Shown here piece after piece: positions 12,775-24,369 of a stretch of DNA of 64,000 bases (positions within the stretch are counted from its first letter, which is position 1; every line of letters begins with the position of its first letter). Source of the stretch: the human T2T-CHM13v2.0 reference genome, Homo sapiens. The translations under genes were made by a program, and so were the position numbers. The stretch is from assembly GCF_009914755.1 (NCBI RefSeq), contig NC_060925.1; one strand, written 5' to 3'. The notes under the pieces were generated by a model. The model did not search any database. It was not told the origin of the DNA and was given only the letters and a program-made list of their open reading frames with translations.

Positions 12775-13125
12775 CCACTGACCTCTGGCGACTGTGATCC
12801 ACCAGCCTCTGGTGTGTGACCTCCAATCTCTCATGACTGTGACCACTAACCTCTAGTGAATGGGCACCACATTCTTGGTGCCTGACCTCTGCTGTCCTTA
12901 ACCTACTGACCTCTGCTGTATGACCTTCTGATCTCTTGTGACCTTGACCCACTGATCTCTTTTGACTGTGTCACTATTCTTGGGTGTGCAACCTCCTGAT
13001 CTTTGGTGTGTGACACTAATCTCTTGGGGCCATGACCCACCGACCTCTAGTGAACATGCTCCACCACGCTCTGGTGTGTGGCCACATGCTTCTCATGACC
13101 GAAACCCACTGACCCTCTGATCACT
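12775..13125. repeat. Degenerate TGACC(T)-motif array
   Basis: about 11 TGACC and 5 TGATC copies in ~350 bp. Confidence 0.7.
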
Positions 13126-13419
13126 CTGGCCTGGTGTCCATCGGCTCAAGCTTTTACACTCGCGTTTCTGGAGATTCTGACCCTGGTTGCTGTGGCATCC
13201 CCCGCCCTGTTTGGTGCTCACTGTGGAAGAGCTTGGGCTGGGAGTTCAACTGTGCCGTTTGAAGCTGGCTGGGAGTGGGGCGCTTGGTACTCTGCAGCCA
13301 TCCTTCAACCCCCTGTTCCCCAACCAGTGTCTCATCCTGGCCATTCACCTTCCACCCTTCCAGCCCATTCACCCCACCTCATATACCCAGCAGAGCTGAC
13401 TCTCTCTATGCCTTTGCAG

Positions 13420-13517
13420 TGTTTGCCAAGAACTTCCGGGTGGCGGCTGCAATGAAGACGTCTGTGCTGCTCAGCTGGGAGGTTCCCGACTCCTATAAGT
13501 CAGCTGTGCCCTTTAAG
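13420..13517 (+). CDS. PTPRF: PTPRF exon, FNIII-8 N-half (VFAKNF...AVPFK)
   Basis: ttgcag| and AAG|gtgagt. Confidence 0.96.
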
Positions 13518-13706
13518 GTGAGTAAGGGCCACGGCCGGCTGAGCCTGGCACACACACAGGCCTGCTGGGTGCTGTCTTTCCAGTCCTAACCCATGTGCAT
13601 CCGGCTGTGGAGCAGGAATGTGGTTGTGTATCCGTGCACTGTGCCTTGCAGCCCGTGGTAGGGAACCTCACCCAAAGGCATTGATTGCCCCTCCCGTCCC
13701 CCACAG

Positions 13707-13960
13707 ATTCTGTACAATGGGCAGAGTGTGGAGGTGGACGGGCACTCGATGCGGAAGCTGATCGCAGACCTGCAGCCCAACACAGAGTACTCGTTTGTGC
13801 TGATGAACCGTGGCAGCAGCGCAGGGGGCCTGCAGCACCTGGTGTCCATCCGCACAGCCCCCGACCTCCTGCCTCACAAGCCGCTGCCTGCCTCTGCCTA
13901 CATAGAGGACGGCCGCTTCGATCTCTCCATGCCCCATGTGCAAGACCCCTCGCTTGTCAG
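13707..13960 (+). CDS. PTPRF: PTPRF exon (ILYNGQ...DPSLV)
   Basis: ccacag| and CAG|gtgtgc. Confidence 0.95.
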
Positions 13961-14045
13961 GTGTGCACACGAGGTATCGGGGGAGGCGGGGCAGGGCTGG
14001 AGGTAACCAGCAGTGACAGTCCTGATTCCTGCCCTGCCCACCCAG

Positions 14046-14139
14046 GTGGTTCTACATTGTTGTGGTACCCATTGACCGTGTGGGCGGGAGCATGCTGACG
14101 CCAAGGTGGAGCACACCCGAGGAACTGGAGCTGGACGAG
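14046..14139 (+). CDS. PTPRF: PTPRF exon (WFYIVVVP...ELELDE)
   Basis: cccag| and GAG|gtacct; frame consistent. Confidence 0.95.
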
Positions 14140-14756
14140 GTACCTGGGGAGGGGATGGGGACACTGACAGCCCCATTGCAGTGGTCAGCTGTGGCCTTCC
14201 TGCCCTGAGCACTGTCCCAGTGACTCTCAGATTCACTCCCCAAATTGAAATCTCTCTTCTGGCTGGCAGCCCGCCCCTCTCTGGAGAGAGGGACTCTGAG
14301 GAAACCATCTGGGAGTATTCACAGAACTCCCGGAGGGCTTACGAAGAATCCCTGGGGTGGGATGTCGTGGAGATGCCTCTGCAGGTCTAGAGAATGCCAA
14401 GCCCTGTAGACACTGCAGAGCCTCGCAGATCTAGAAGCTATGGAGGGCTTAGTGAGCCTTATAGCCAGGAGTCCCTGAATGTTTGAAATCCTTCAGTCCT
14501 TTCTCATAGCCAGTGTGGCAACAGCCTGGTTAGGGTGGGGCAGCTTACACACAGGGCTGCTTCTCATGGGCTGGTGGGGAGGAGTGGCTTCACGGTGTCT
14601 GTTACTCTGTAGGGGCAGTGGGTTGGGCAGGTGTGGGCTCTTACACGGAAGGTGAGCCTTGATCTCGGCCCAGGGAGCTGACATCCCAGGCCACAGCCCC
14701 AGGGCTGGCCGGCATGCTCCAAGGCCCCTCATGACCCCCATGCTCTGCTCTGCCAG

Positions 14757-14975
14757 CTTCTAGAAGCCATCGAGCAAGGCGGAGAGGAGCAGCGGCGGCG
14801 GCGGCGGCAGGCAGAACGTCTGAAGCCATATGTGGCTGCTCAACTGGATGTGCTCCCGGAGACTTTTACCTTGGGGGACAAGAAGAACTACCGGGGCTTC
14901 TACAACCGGCCTCTGTCTCCGGACTTGAGCTACCAGTGCTTTGTGCTTGCCTCCTTGAAGGAACCCATGGACCAG
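14757..14975 (+). CDS. PTPRF: PTPRF exon with penta-Arg proprotein-convertase site (LLEAIEQ...RRRRR...EPMDQ)
   Basis: 219 nt, phase 0-0. Confidence 0.96.
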
Positions 14976-15330
14976 GTCTGCCTGAGCCGGCTTGGCTGTC
15001 AGCACCCTGATTCCCTGGGCCTGGCCTGAGACGATGCCAGTCTCAAACACCACAAGACCCCAGGTCTTTATCAGTTTGGGGGCTTCGAGATCCTGGGGCA
15101 GCACTAAAGACCCAAGATCTGTCCCGGGGATCCTAAGACGCGGCCCTGGGACCCAGAGGCCAGACCTAATGTGGCTCCAGGGACCCAGTCCTGCCAGGTC
15201 CACCTTGTAGGGTCTGGGAGACCAGGCCCAGGGTAACCCAGACCCAGAGCCCTTTCTCCAGGATTGATAGGCAGAGGGTGGGGGGTTCTCACGCTGAGCT
15301 CACAGCCTGCTGTTCTCCACCGGGCCACAG

Positions 15331-15485
15331 AAGCGCTATGCCTCCAGCCCCTACTCGGATGAGATCGTGGTCCAGGTGACACCAGCCCAGCAGCAGGAGG
15401 AGCCGGAGATGCTGTGGGTGACGGGTCCCGTGCTGGCAGTCATCCTCATCATCCTCATTGTCATCGCCATCCTCTTGTTCAAAAG
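15331..15485 (+). CDS. PTPRF: PTPRF transmembrane exon (KRYASSPYSD...MLWVTGPVLAVILIILIVIAILLFK)
   Basis: hydrophobic 24-aa run at 15409-15480; AG|gtgagc donor. Confidence 0.97.
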
Positions 15486-16840
15486 GTGAGCACTGCCCTC
15501 AGAGCTCCGGGAACGGCCACCTGCCCCTCGCCTTTCAGGCCCTCTCCGGGTGTGGTGCCTGTGGAGAGCGTGCAGCCTTGCATCCTGGACCCTGAGCCTC
15601 AGGCTCAGCAGGAAGGCAGGAAGGGCAGGAGCAGTGTGTGTGCCTACCTGTGTCTGCAGGCCTGCATCTGTCAGGTGAGGGAGCCTCTGCAGCAGCCTGG
15701 GCGTGAGGAACTAAAGCCTCAGAGGGTTGTCTCATGTGCATCCCTGGCACGTCTGTCTGTCTCTGTGTTTCTGTGGATAAGAGTGCGTCTGTCTCCTCTT
15801 CAGTTTTAAGACACCGCCATCTCCTGAGCTCCTACCTCGAGTCCTTTCCTTCTGCCACCATTCCTGGATGATTCCCCAGCCCTACTCTCCTGCTTAGGCC
15901 TAGAGAGGTCGAGCTGGAGGCCCACAGGCCATGGATGCTCACTAACAGACATGACTGATGGCCTGCTGTGCCCGTGCCATCCGCAGCGGCCTCAGCCTCA
16001 GTGTGTCTTTCCCACTCAGTTCTCTATCGGCAGTGGCCACCACCTGCCCTAGGAGTCTCCCTTCCTATCCGTGCACCTTCCAGCCTGAAAGGGATTTCCA
16101 AAGATTTAACTTTGTCACTCTCAGTTTAAAACCTTTTGATGGCTGCCCACGTAAAGCCCACCCTCTTTAGCCTGACAGCCAAACACCTGGCTAATCTGAC
16201 CCCTGCCACACTCCTGACATTGCGACACTGAACTCATTCAGTGTTCAGGCCCACACAGGGTGTGCCCTCTGCGGATCTCCCTCCCCCTGCCCACTTGGCA
16301 ACAGCAATCTCATCGTTCAGGACTCAAGTCCATGCTCTGGTGCCTGCAAGGCCTTGCCTGGCCCCTACCCCTTCCTTGCACAGCTGTCCCCTGTGATGCT
16401 CCACTGCAAACGCAGCTGGGCCTGTGTGCCAAGCCTTCAGCCCCCAGCACTGGGCTGAGCCCACAGGCATGTCAGTGAGCACCTGGCAGATGAAGATATG
16501 CTAGTCTGTGTGTCTGAGCACATCTCTGCACCATGCAGGAGAGCCTGTATCCTGTGTGCCTACCCTGGACCCACTGTTCCTTCCTAAAGAGTCCACTCCT
16601 TCCTCCCAGGGTGGATGGACCTGTGGGCGGGTCCCTAAGGAGTGTCCCACAGATGCACTCATCCTTCCCACTTCCACCTGCATTCTGGGTCTGTCCAGAG
16701 AGGTAGACCCCCTCCCTGTGAATGTCATGTGGGTGCCATATAAGGGGCCTGCAGGGTCCCCATGTCATTAGAGGGCTGAGTGCTTGGTGGAAACTGTGAC
16801 CGTTCCTTTCTTCTGTCCTTGCTTGTCTTTCGGGACCTAG

Positions 16841-16852
16841 TAAACAAGAAAG
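16841..16852 (+). CDS. PTPRF: 12-nt juxtamembrane microexon (inserts SKQE)
   Basis: pyrimidine tract, cctag|TAAACAAGAAAG|gtagga, phase 2-2; paralogous to recalled 4-aa inserts in PTPRD/PTPRS. Confidence 0.8.
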
Positions 16853-17899
16853 GTAGGAGTTGTTCCTTCTCTCTTCACACACCTCCCCCTCTACTTCTAA
16901 TCCTTGGGCCAGCAGGGAGGGATGACGCTTTGACCAGAAGTCCCCTGGCCTATGGCTTTAAGCAGCAAACTGTCCAGTCAGCTCAGCAGGCTCCCTGGTT
17001 CAGGACTGAGTCCTCATTGGTGTGAGGAGGCAGTTTCTGTCTCACTCTTGCCAGTTCAACTCTGCAGAGGATGCTTCTTCTCTGGGGCACATACATAATA
17101 CAGACTGCATTGCTTTCCCTGAGCGTACAGAGCTCACCAGAACCATCACCCGGCTCCCAGTTCTCTGAGAAGTTGCCTAAGTGCTGCGAGAGACAGTCTC
17201 GCACAGAGCAAAGAGCAGTCACTGTGTGGAACAGCAGAGAGGCATGTCCTTGTACCCACCTGAGCACACTCACTCAAATTCTTCTTCCCGAAGCACATGC
17301 GTCTGCAGACCACAAGTAGCCTCTGGCTATTTGTTGGCAGCTGAATCCTATGGTCTGTCTCTGACCCTGTCCTTGTAGATGGGAAAACTGAGGCCAGTGA
17401 GAGAGGACTCTGCCCAGCTAGGGTGACGCCTTTCCCGTCCCTCCCCTGCTGCCCTGGGCATTTACCCTGATACTCTGAGGGCCAAAAAGCTGGGGCCCTG
17501 TCTCCTGTGCTGTTTGTGTATTTTATGTGTCATTTGCATGTTTGTTCCCGGTGGTTCCTGCTACTCAGCTGGGTGGCCTTGGAGATAGCAGTCACTGTCC
17601 TGCAGTGACCTGCCTTCTATCCAAAGGAGCTGCTCGCCCCTGCAACCCCTTCCTCCCTGCTGCACTGCCCCTCTGCTCACGCCACACTCCTGCTCTCCCT
17701 ACCCCCTCCCTGCCCTGTGTTCTCTCATGTCAAGGCTGTTCTGGCCCTGGCTCCTCCGCGCTCAGAGATCCTGGGAAGAGGTGGGGCAGTAGGAGGACAG
17801 AGCCGTGGACATGGGGGCTCCTTGGCAGCCAGCCATGCCATGTGTCACTGTCTCAGCCTGGACCTCAGGTTCTCACCAGCCTCCCTTCTGTCTCTCTAG

Positions 17900-18015
17900 G
17901 AAAAGGACCCACTCTCCGTCCTCTAAGGATGAGCAGTCGATCGGACTGAAGGACTCCTTGCTGGCCCACTCCTCTGACCCTGTGGAGATGCGGAGGCTCA
18001 ACTACCAGACCCCAG
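17900..18015 (+). CDS. PTPRF: PTPRF juxtamembrane exon (RKRTHSPSS...LNYQTP)
   Basis: ctctag| and CAG|gtaggg. Confidence 0.96.
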
Positions 18016-19044
18016 GTAGGGCACTCCTATGGCCTGTGTGCCCCCAGCCCAGACCTAGCAGGCCTGTGGGTCCGTTCTGCAGGTCTCAGGGTCGCCACTG
18101 AAGTTCCTGGGCCGCATGCACTTGTTCCTGCTCCTTTTCTTCCTTTCTGCCCTTCTCCCTGTGCTCATCCACTTTGGTTGGAATGACTGGGGAGCCCCCA
18201 TATCCTGCAGCTGGACAGGTGCCCCAGGCCAGGACCCTCTTAGGTGGCAAAGCCACTTAGCCACTGCCTTGTCTTCAGTCAAGGCCTCTGAATATGGGCT
18301 GAGGACCTCCCAGAGCCCACGTCTCTGCCACAGGGTGGCCAGTGTCTGGCCCACGCTCTGACGCCTCCACATGAAAGAGGGGCATGTTAGCAGTGGGAGA
18401 TGCCTCACCAGACATCTGTGGGGAGATGAAGTGCCTGCACCTGAGCCTTCCTGGAGGCCGACCCCAGGTTTACCATACCACGTACCTGCCCCTTCTCCTA
18501 GCCACTCTCATGGGGCTGTCCACCTCTTCCTTCTACCTGAAATGTTACTCCTCCCAACACCCAGCAGACACAGCTCAGACCTCTCCTCTTGCCCACACCC
18601 CCACAGGGTTAGGTGTCTCTTCTTGGCTCCAGGAACCTCCCTCCTTCTTCCTTTTGACGCCTCTCACAGTGAGCTGGGATTACCTCAGTGACAGTCTCTG
18701 AGCTCTGTGGTGCCAGGAACTGTGTCTTGTCATCCCCCATCCCTTGTATTCAGCGCACGATGGGTTCTTGTTGAATGCCTGTGAAATGAACACACAGACA
18801 AATGAAGGAATGAGTGAACTAATGCATACACACAGGGTTTGTGTATGTATGAGCTGGTTATTCTACATGTCAAATTACCCCAAAACTTAGTGGCTTAAAA
18901 CAACAATAATTATGTATTATCTGTCACAGTTTTTGTGAGGCAGGAATTCAGACAGGGGCACAGCAGGAACAGCTTGTCTTTATTCCAGAAAGTCTGGGCC
19001 CTCAGCCGGAAGACTTGAAGGCTGGGAGCTAGAGTCATTTAAAG

Positions 19045-19566
19045 CAGGGGTTGGCAGACTATGGCCCGTGGCCAAGTACAGCCCACCACCTGTTTTTGTA
19101 AATAAATTTTTACTGGCTGGGCGTGGTGGCTCATGCCTGTGATCCCAGCACTTTGGGAGGCTGAGCCGGGTGGATCACCTGAGGTCAGGAGTTCGAGACC
19201 AGCTAATGAAATCCCATCTCTACTAAAAGTACAAAAATTAGCCAGGTGTGTGGCCCCTGTCATCCCAGCTACTCAGGAGGCTGAGGCAGGAGAATCACTT
19301 GAACCCAGGAGGTAAAGGTTGCGTGAGCCAAGATCGTACCATCGCATTCCAGCCTGGGTGACAAGAGCAAAACCCCATCTCAAAAATAAACAAATAAATA
19401 AAATTCTACTGGAACAGACACACCCATTTATTTATATGCTACCTACCTATGGTTGCTTTTGCACTGTAAAGGCACCATTAAATAGATGCAGTAGATACCA
19501 GATGTCCACAAAGCCTAAACTATTTACGCTCTGGCCTGTTATGGATACCAAGTTTGCCAACCCCTG
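19045..19566 (+). mobile_element. MER58A-like hAT DNA transposon interrupted by an Alu
   Basis: TIRs CAGGGGTTGGCA / TGCCAACCCCTG; internal consensus match. Confidence 0.85.
19115..19400 (+). mobile_element. Alu within MER58A
   Basis: TSD aaatt(t/c)tactgg. Confidence 0.93.
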
Positions 19567-21284
19567 GACTCTAAAGCCTCTTTCATCCATGTGACTGGTG
19601 GTTGATGAGCCAGCTCTGAGCCTTGCTGTGGCTGTCAGCTGGGACACCCAACATGAGGCTTCTTCAGGTGGCCTGGGCTTCCTCACAACATGGTGACTGA
19701 GTTTCATGAGCATGTGTCTGGAGAGTGTGCCAGGCAGACCTAGCAGGCTGTTGCAACCCAGCATGATTAGATCTCTGAAGAATCAAGCACCAGGATGCTG
19801 GGACCTGGAGTGCAGAGAAGCCTCTTCGGGGATGGGATGCTGAGCCATGTGGTTATTGGTCTGGAAAAGAAGGATGGGAGAGAGCTCCTCAGTGGAAGCA
19901 TGTGCAGAAGCTTGGGCAGATTGCATGTGCGTCAAATTATGAGCACCTGAGGGTTTCTGCAGCATGAGAGTTAGGGGCTTGGGGAATACTGAGCCAAGAG
20001 AAGACTGGAGGGCTAGGCAGAGGTCCAGTCAAAAGGACCTTGAATGTCAGGCTAAGGGGCTTAGACTTCCTCTTCAGGATGCCAGGGAGGTAGGTATTAA
20101 AGGTTTTCAGCGGGGGAGCCAGGTGGTCAGAACCATGCTTTAGAAATGTCACTCTGGCTCCTTGAGGAGACTGGATTAGAGAGGAGAAATTGAGGCAGGG
20201 AGACCATTTAAAAGGCCAGCAACCAAGTGAAAGGTGGCAGTGGGAACAGAGGGGACAGACTTGGGAAACGTGAAGGAGGTGAGGACAGCAGAGTCCGGGC
20301 TTAAGCCCACTTGGGGAGAGGTAAGGGTGGCTCTGCAGTTGCTGGCTGAATGAGCAGGGGGTAGGGGTGTCCTGGGGCTGGTGGGTCTGTGGGTCTGAGG
20401 ACTTCTGAGCTGACATCAGGGCTGAAGCCCTGTGGGAGGGGCCAAGGAGCATGTGGTAGTCAAAGCCTGAGAATAGATGGGCTCTCCCAGGGTGAGGGCC
20501 AGAAGGAGACCGGGACCAAAAAGCCCAGGGCAGGGAAGGTGGTGCAGCATTAAGGAAAGATGGATGGAGAGCAGCTAGGGAGATTGAGAAGGAGCAGCCA
20601 CAGCCAGACGAGAGCAGGAGCGCAGTGTCCCTGATGCCAGGGTTGGGGGAGTTGTGCAAGGGACGAGAGGACTTAATGAGGTAGGGCAGTGGGGACACCC
20701 AGTGGGAGGACCGTTGGCTTTGGCAGATGGGGCCTTGAAGAGAGGGTGGTGGCCACGTCCTGTGGGCAGAAGTGTTGCAGTGAGCAGCGTGGCAAGTGGG
20801 GGCTGAGAAAGTGGAGAAACCCCTTTCAAAGATCCTGGGAAGATACCTGGGAAGGAGGCAATGAGCAGGGCACAGTGGGAGAGTAGAGGGTGTGGGATCT
20901 GAGAAGGAGGGCTCTTTTTTCCAACGTGGAAATCATCTGAAAATCGCCAAGGGCAAATTTTGGTATCAAAAGGGGCAGGGCTGGTTTGGACTTAAGTATT
21001 TAGTCATAGAGCCCCCCAAGGCTGCCGAGCCACCAGGGTTTAGAAGTGCTCGCCTCTGGGGGTGGGACACCCAGTCTGTATTAACTGGGAGACAGAAGGA
21101 GCCTTGACGGAACTTGTCCGCAGCCCCAGCCCCTCACCGCCCCCTCCTCTTCTCCGCCAGCCCCTCGCAAGCCCGCTCGGCACCTCCACTGTGTGTGATG
21201 GTGCTGTAAGCAGAAAAAGTTAACGGGCTCTCTTTTCTTGCCCCGTTGTTTTTTTCGTTTGTTTGTTTGTTTTTTTCTCTGCAG

Positions 21285-21317
21285 GTTCCAGTGTCCCCAG
21301 TTGCCCGAATACCTCAA
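21285..21317 (+). CDS. PTPRF: 33-nt juxtamembrane microexon (GSSVPSCPNTS-S), LASE-a-type
   Basis: long U-rich tract + tgcag|, CAA|gttagt donor, phase 1-1; resembles recalled 11-aa rodent LAR insert. Confidence 0.88.
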
Positions 21318-22134
21318 GTTAGTTTTCAAAGTTCCCGTGTTTGGGGGATACTTTGGCTTCTGTGTCTGTTTCCACTCCTTACTTTTGTTTACCCCATCGC
21401 CTCCATCCTTCCTTGAATTCTTCTCTCCCCTTCCCTTTCTTCTCCCCAAATCCCACTGTCTCCTAACCTTTTTCCTTCCCTACCCTCCCCTCTGCCCACC
21501 TTGCTTCCTCCAGGCCTGTTTTCTCTCCCACCGGCCCCGTCTCTGTTCTGCCTCTCTGGCCTCCAGTCCCGGCCTGACACCCTTCCTTCTGCGTGCCTCT
21601 ACCTCTCATCTCCTCTCCTCTGTCTCACACCCCCCTCCTGGTCTCTGCTTCTCTCTCTATTGTGTCTGTACTTCATGACCACTCCATCTACACACTTGGT
21701 GCCCGGGATGACGATGGCTGTGAGTCTCCCATGGTGACTGCCACCGGTGAGGGGCAGGAGGGCTGTCTGCAGGCAGATGCGATGGAGCCCAGCTCCTGTC
21801 ACGTCTGCTGCCACCGACCTGGGCGTCCCACCCCTCCTGGGAGGAAGGAAGCCTCTCTTCCATCTTGAGAGACCTGCCAGGCAGGGCCTAGTGCCCCCAC
21901 TCAGCACCCCGCCACCAAAACAGGCTCCACATGCTCATGGCACAACACCGCCCTCTGTCCTCTCCCACCCTCCGCCATCCCTGTCGCCGCATGTGCTGCT
22001 GTCTCCATGCCACCAGTTCCAAGTGCTCCATGGTCACACATGTTCACATGTGCACATACATGCGTTGGGGCTTTCTCTGCCACACTGCTCAAGCCTCACA
22101 CTAATGCTGCCTGTGTATGCCCTACCTCCCCTAG

Positions 22135-22232
22135 GTATGCGAGACCACCCACCCATCCCCATCACCGACCTGGCGGACAACATCGAGCGCCTCAAAGCCA
22201 ACGATGGCCTCAAGTTCTCCCAGGAGTATGAG
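22135..22232 (+). CDS. PTPRF: PTPRF exon, wedge region (GMRDHPPIP...FSQEYE)
   Basis: cctag| and GAG|gtgaga. Confidence 0.96.
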
Positions 22233-22599
22233 GTGAGATGTTCCCGCCCCCTACCACGTGCCTGGCCCAGGCCTACCCAAACCAGCTCCTGTCCTGTCCT
22301 AGGTCCCAGCTGTGGTGGGTGAGGAAGCAGGGGTCCAGCTTTTTCAGGAGCACAGAGAGGAGGGTTGGCAGTGGTAAGGGTCAGCTGGGAACCGGGTGCC
22401 TCAGATGCTGGGTCTGGCCATAGCCTGGCCCAGCACCTTCTTGGGGTCACCCTTAGGAGATGGTTTCAAAAGGCTGTGAGTGACACCAGGGTCTGGACAC
22501 TCAGACACGTGCTCAAGTGCTCACAGGCAGACACAAGGCCACAGGCATACAGACATAGATCAGTGATAACAGCCACAGTAGCTGGCATCTATCAAGAGC

Positions 22600-22790
22600 A
22601 TCCTGCAGGCCAGCACCGGTCTGGGCACTTGGCATGCATTATCTCTTTTGGTTCCCCCACAGTCTTCAGAAATGGGGACTGTTATTATCCCATCTTCCAG
22701 GTGAGGAAGCGGGGGCTCAGAGAGGGGAAGTGACTTGCCCAAGTCAAACAGCTGATGAGTAGTGGAGCCAGGATTCAAACCCAGGCCTGC
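22600..22790 (-). mobile_element. MIR
   Basis: core ...ggctcagagagg..aagtgacttgcccaag..cagct...ggattcaaacccagg. Confidence 0.8.
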
Positions 22791-23054
22791 CTGCTGCCCT
22801 GTGCTCTGCACATGCATGTGCTCACGTGTGTACTCCGATGCCACAGCTCACGGGAAGTCGGGGCCTCGAGACTGGCTGCTCAGGCTGTACAAGTCCCGCT
22901 TGGAGCCCTCCACACGTTCATCTTGTTCTGGACTTAACTCCTAGGAGCCTGCTGGGGGCTGAGCCTTCAAGAGTCTGAGGGTTTCCCACCCACAGATGGT
23001 GTCGGGGTGACTCTGAGCATCCCCAGGCTGCCCATCTAGGAAGGGGATTTGTTA

Positions 23055-23390
<336 letters not shown>

Positions 23391-23931
23391 ACTCTTAAAA
23401 AAGAGTATTTTTACTTAAAAAAGAGAGAGAGAGACCTCCTCCTCTTCCACCTCCTCCAAGCAGCAGCCTGTGCTTGTCGTTCTGCCTTGTCCACAGCTGT
23501 TTCCTCAGCACCTGGCACTGGCCTCAGTAGATGGTTGGTGGACAGGCAATTGAGGGGTTGGCTGAGCCTAACCTGTGAGTTTGCGCCCCTTCTGATGTCC
23601 ACCCTCAGCTGTGTTTGGGGGATGCATCCTAGGGCTCAAAGATTGCCTTTCCCAAGGGCTGTGGGCCAGGTTTCTGAAGAGAAAGCTGGGCTTGGCAGGC
23701 AAATGGATGAGTATGTCTGCGGCACAGCAACCGTGCTGCCTCTGCCTATAGGGCCCCCCTGGGGCCCTGCTCCACACAAGGCTGGGCTTTGGGTCACGGA
23801 GCCCGTAAGGTGGGCTCCCTGCCTCCCATGGCCTCCACCCACACTCATCTGTACCATGTCCTACACCTGCCCTTCCTTCCAGCGCAGCCCTGCTTCCCCA
23901 TCTGGGCTCGTGGGGCCTCTGTTCACAGTAG

Positions 23932-24369
<438 letters not shown>

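Larger units (their letters stand above)
18850..19740. mobile_element. Old MaLR (MLT1-type) LTR split by later insertions
   Basis: ccccaaaacttagtggcttaaaacaac and tgggcttcctcacaacatgg motifs flank MER58. Confidence 0.6.

Noticed and set aside
12124-12846. 240-aa antisense ORF
   Set aside because: Shadow of the GC-rich 579-nt PTPRF exon; no domain-like sequence
19937-20698. 253-aa minus-strand ORF
   Set aside because: Pro/Ser/Leu-biased translation of purine-rich intronic, old L2-like sequence; no splice or homology support
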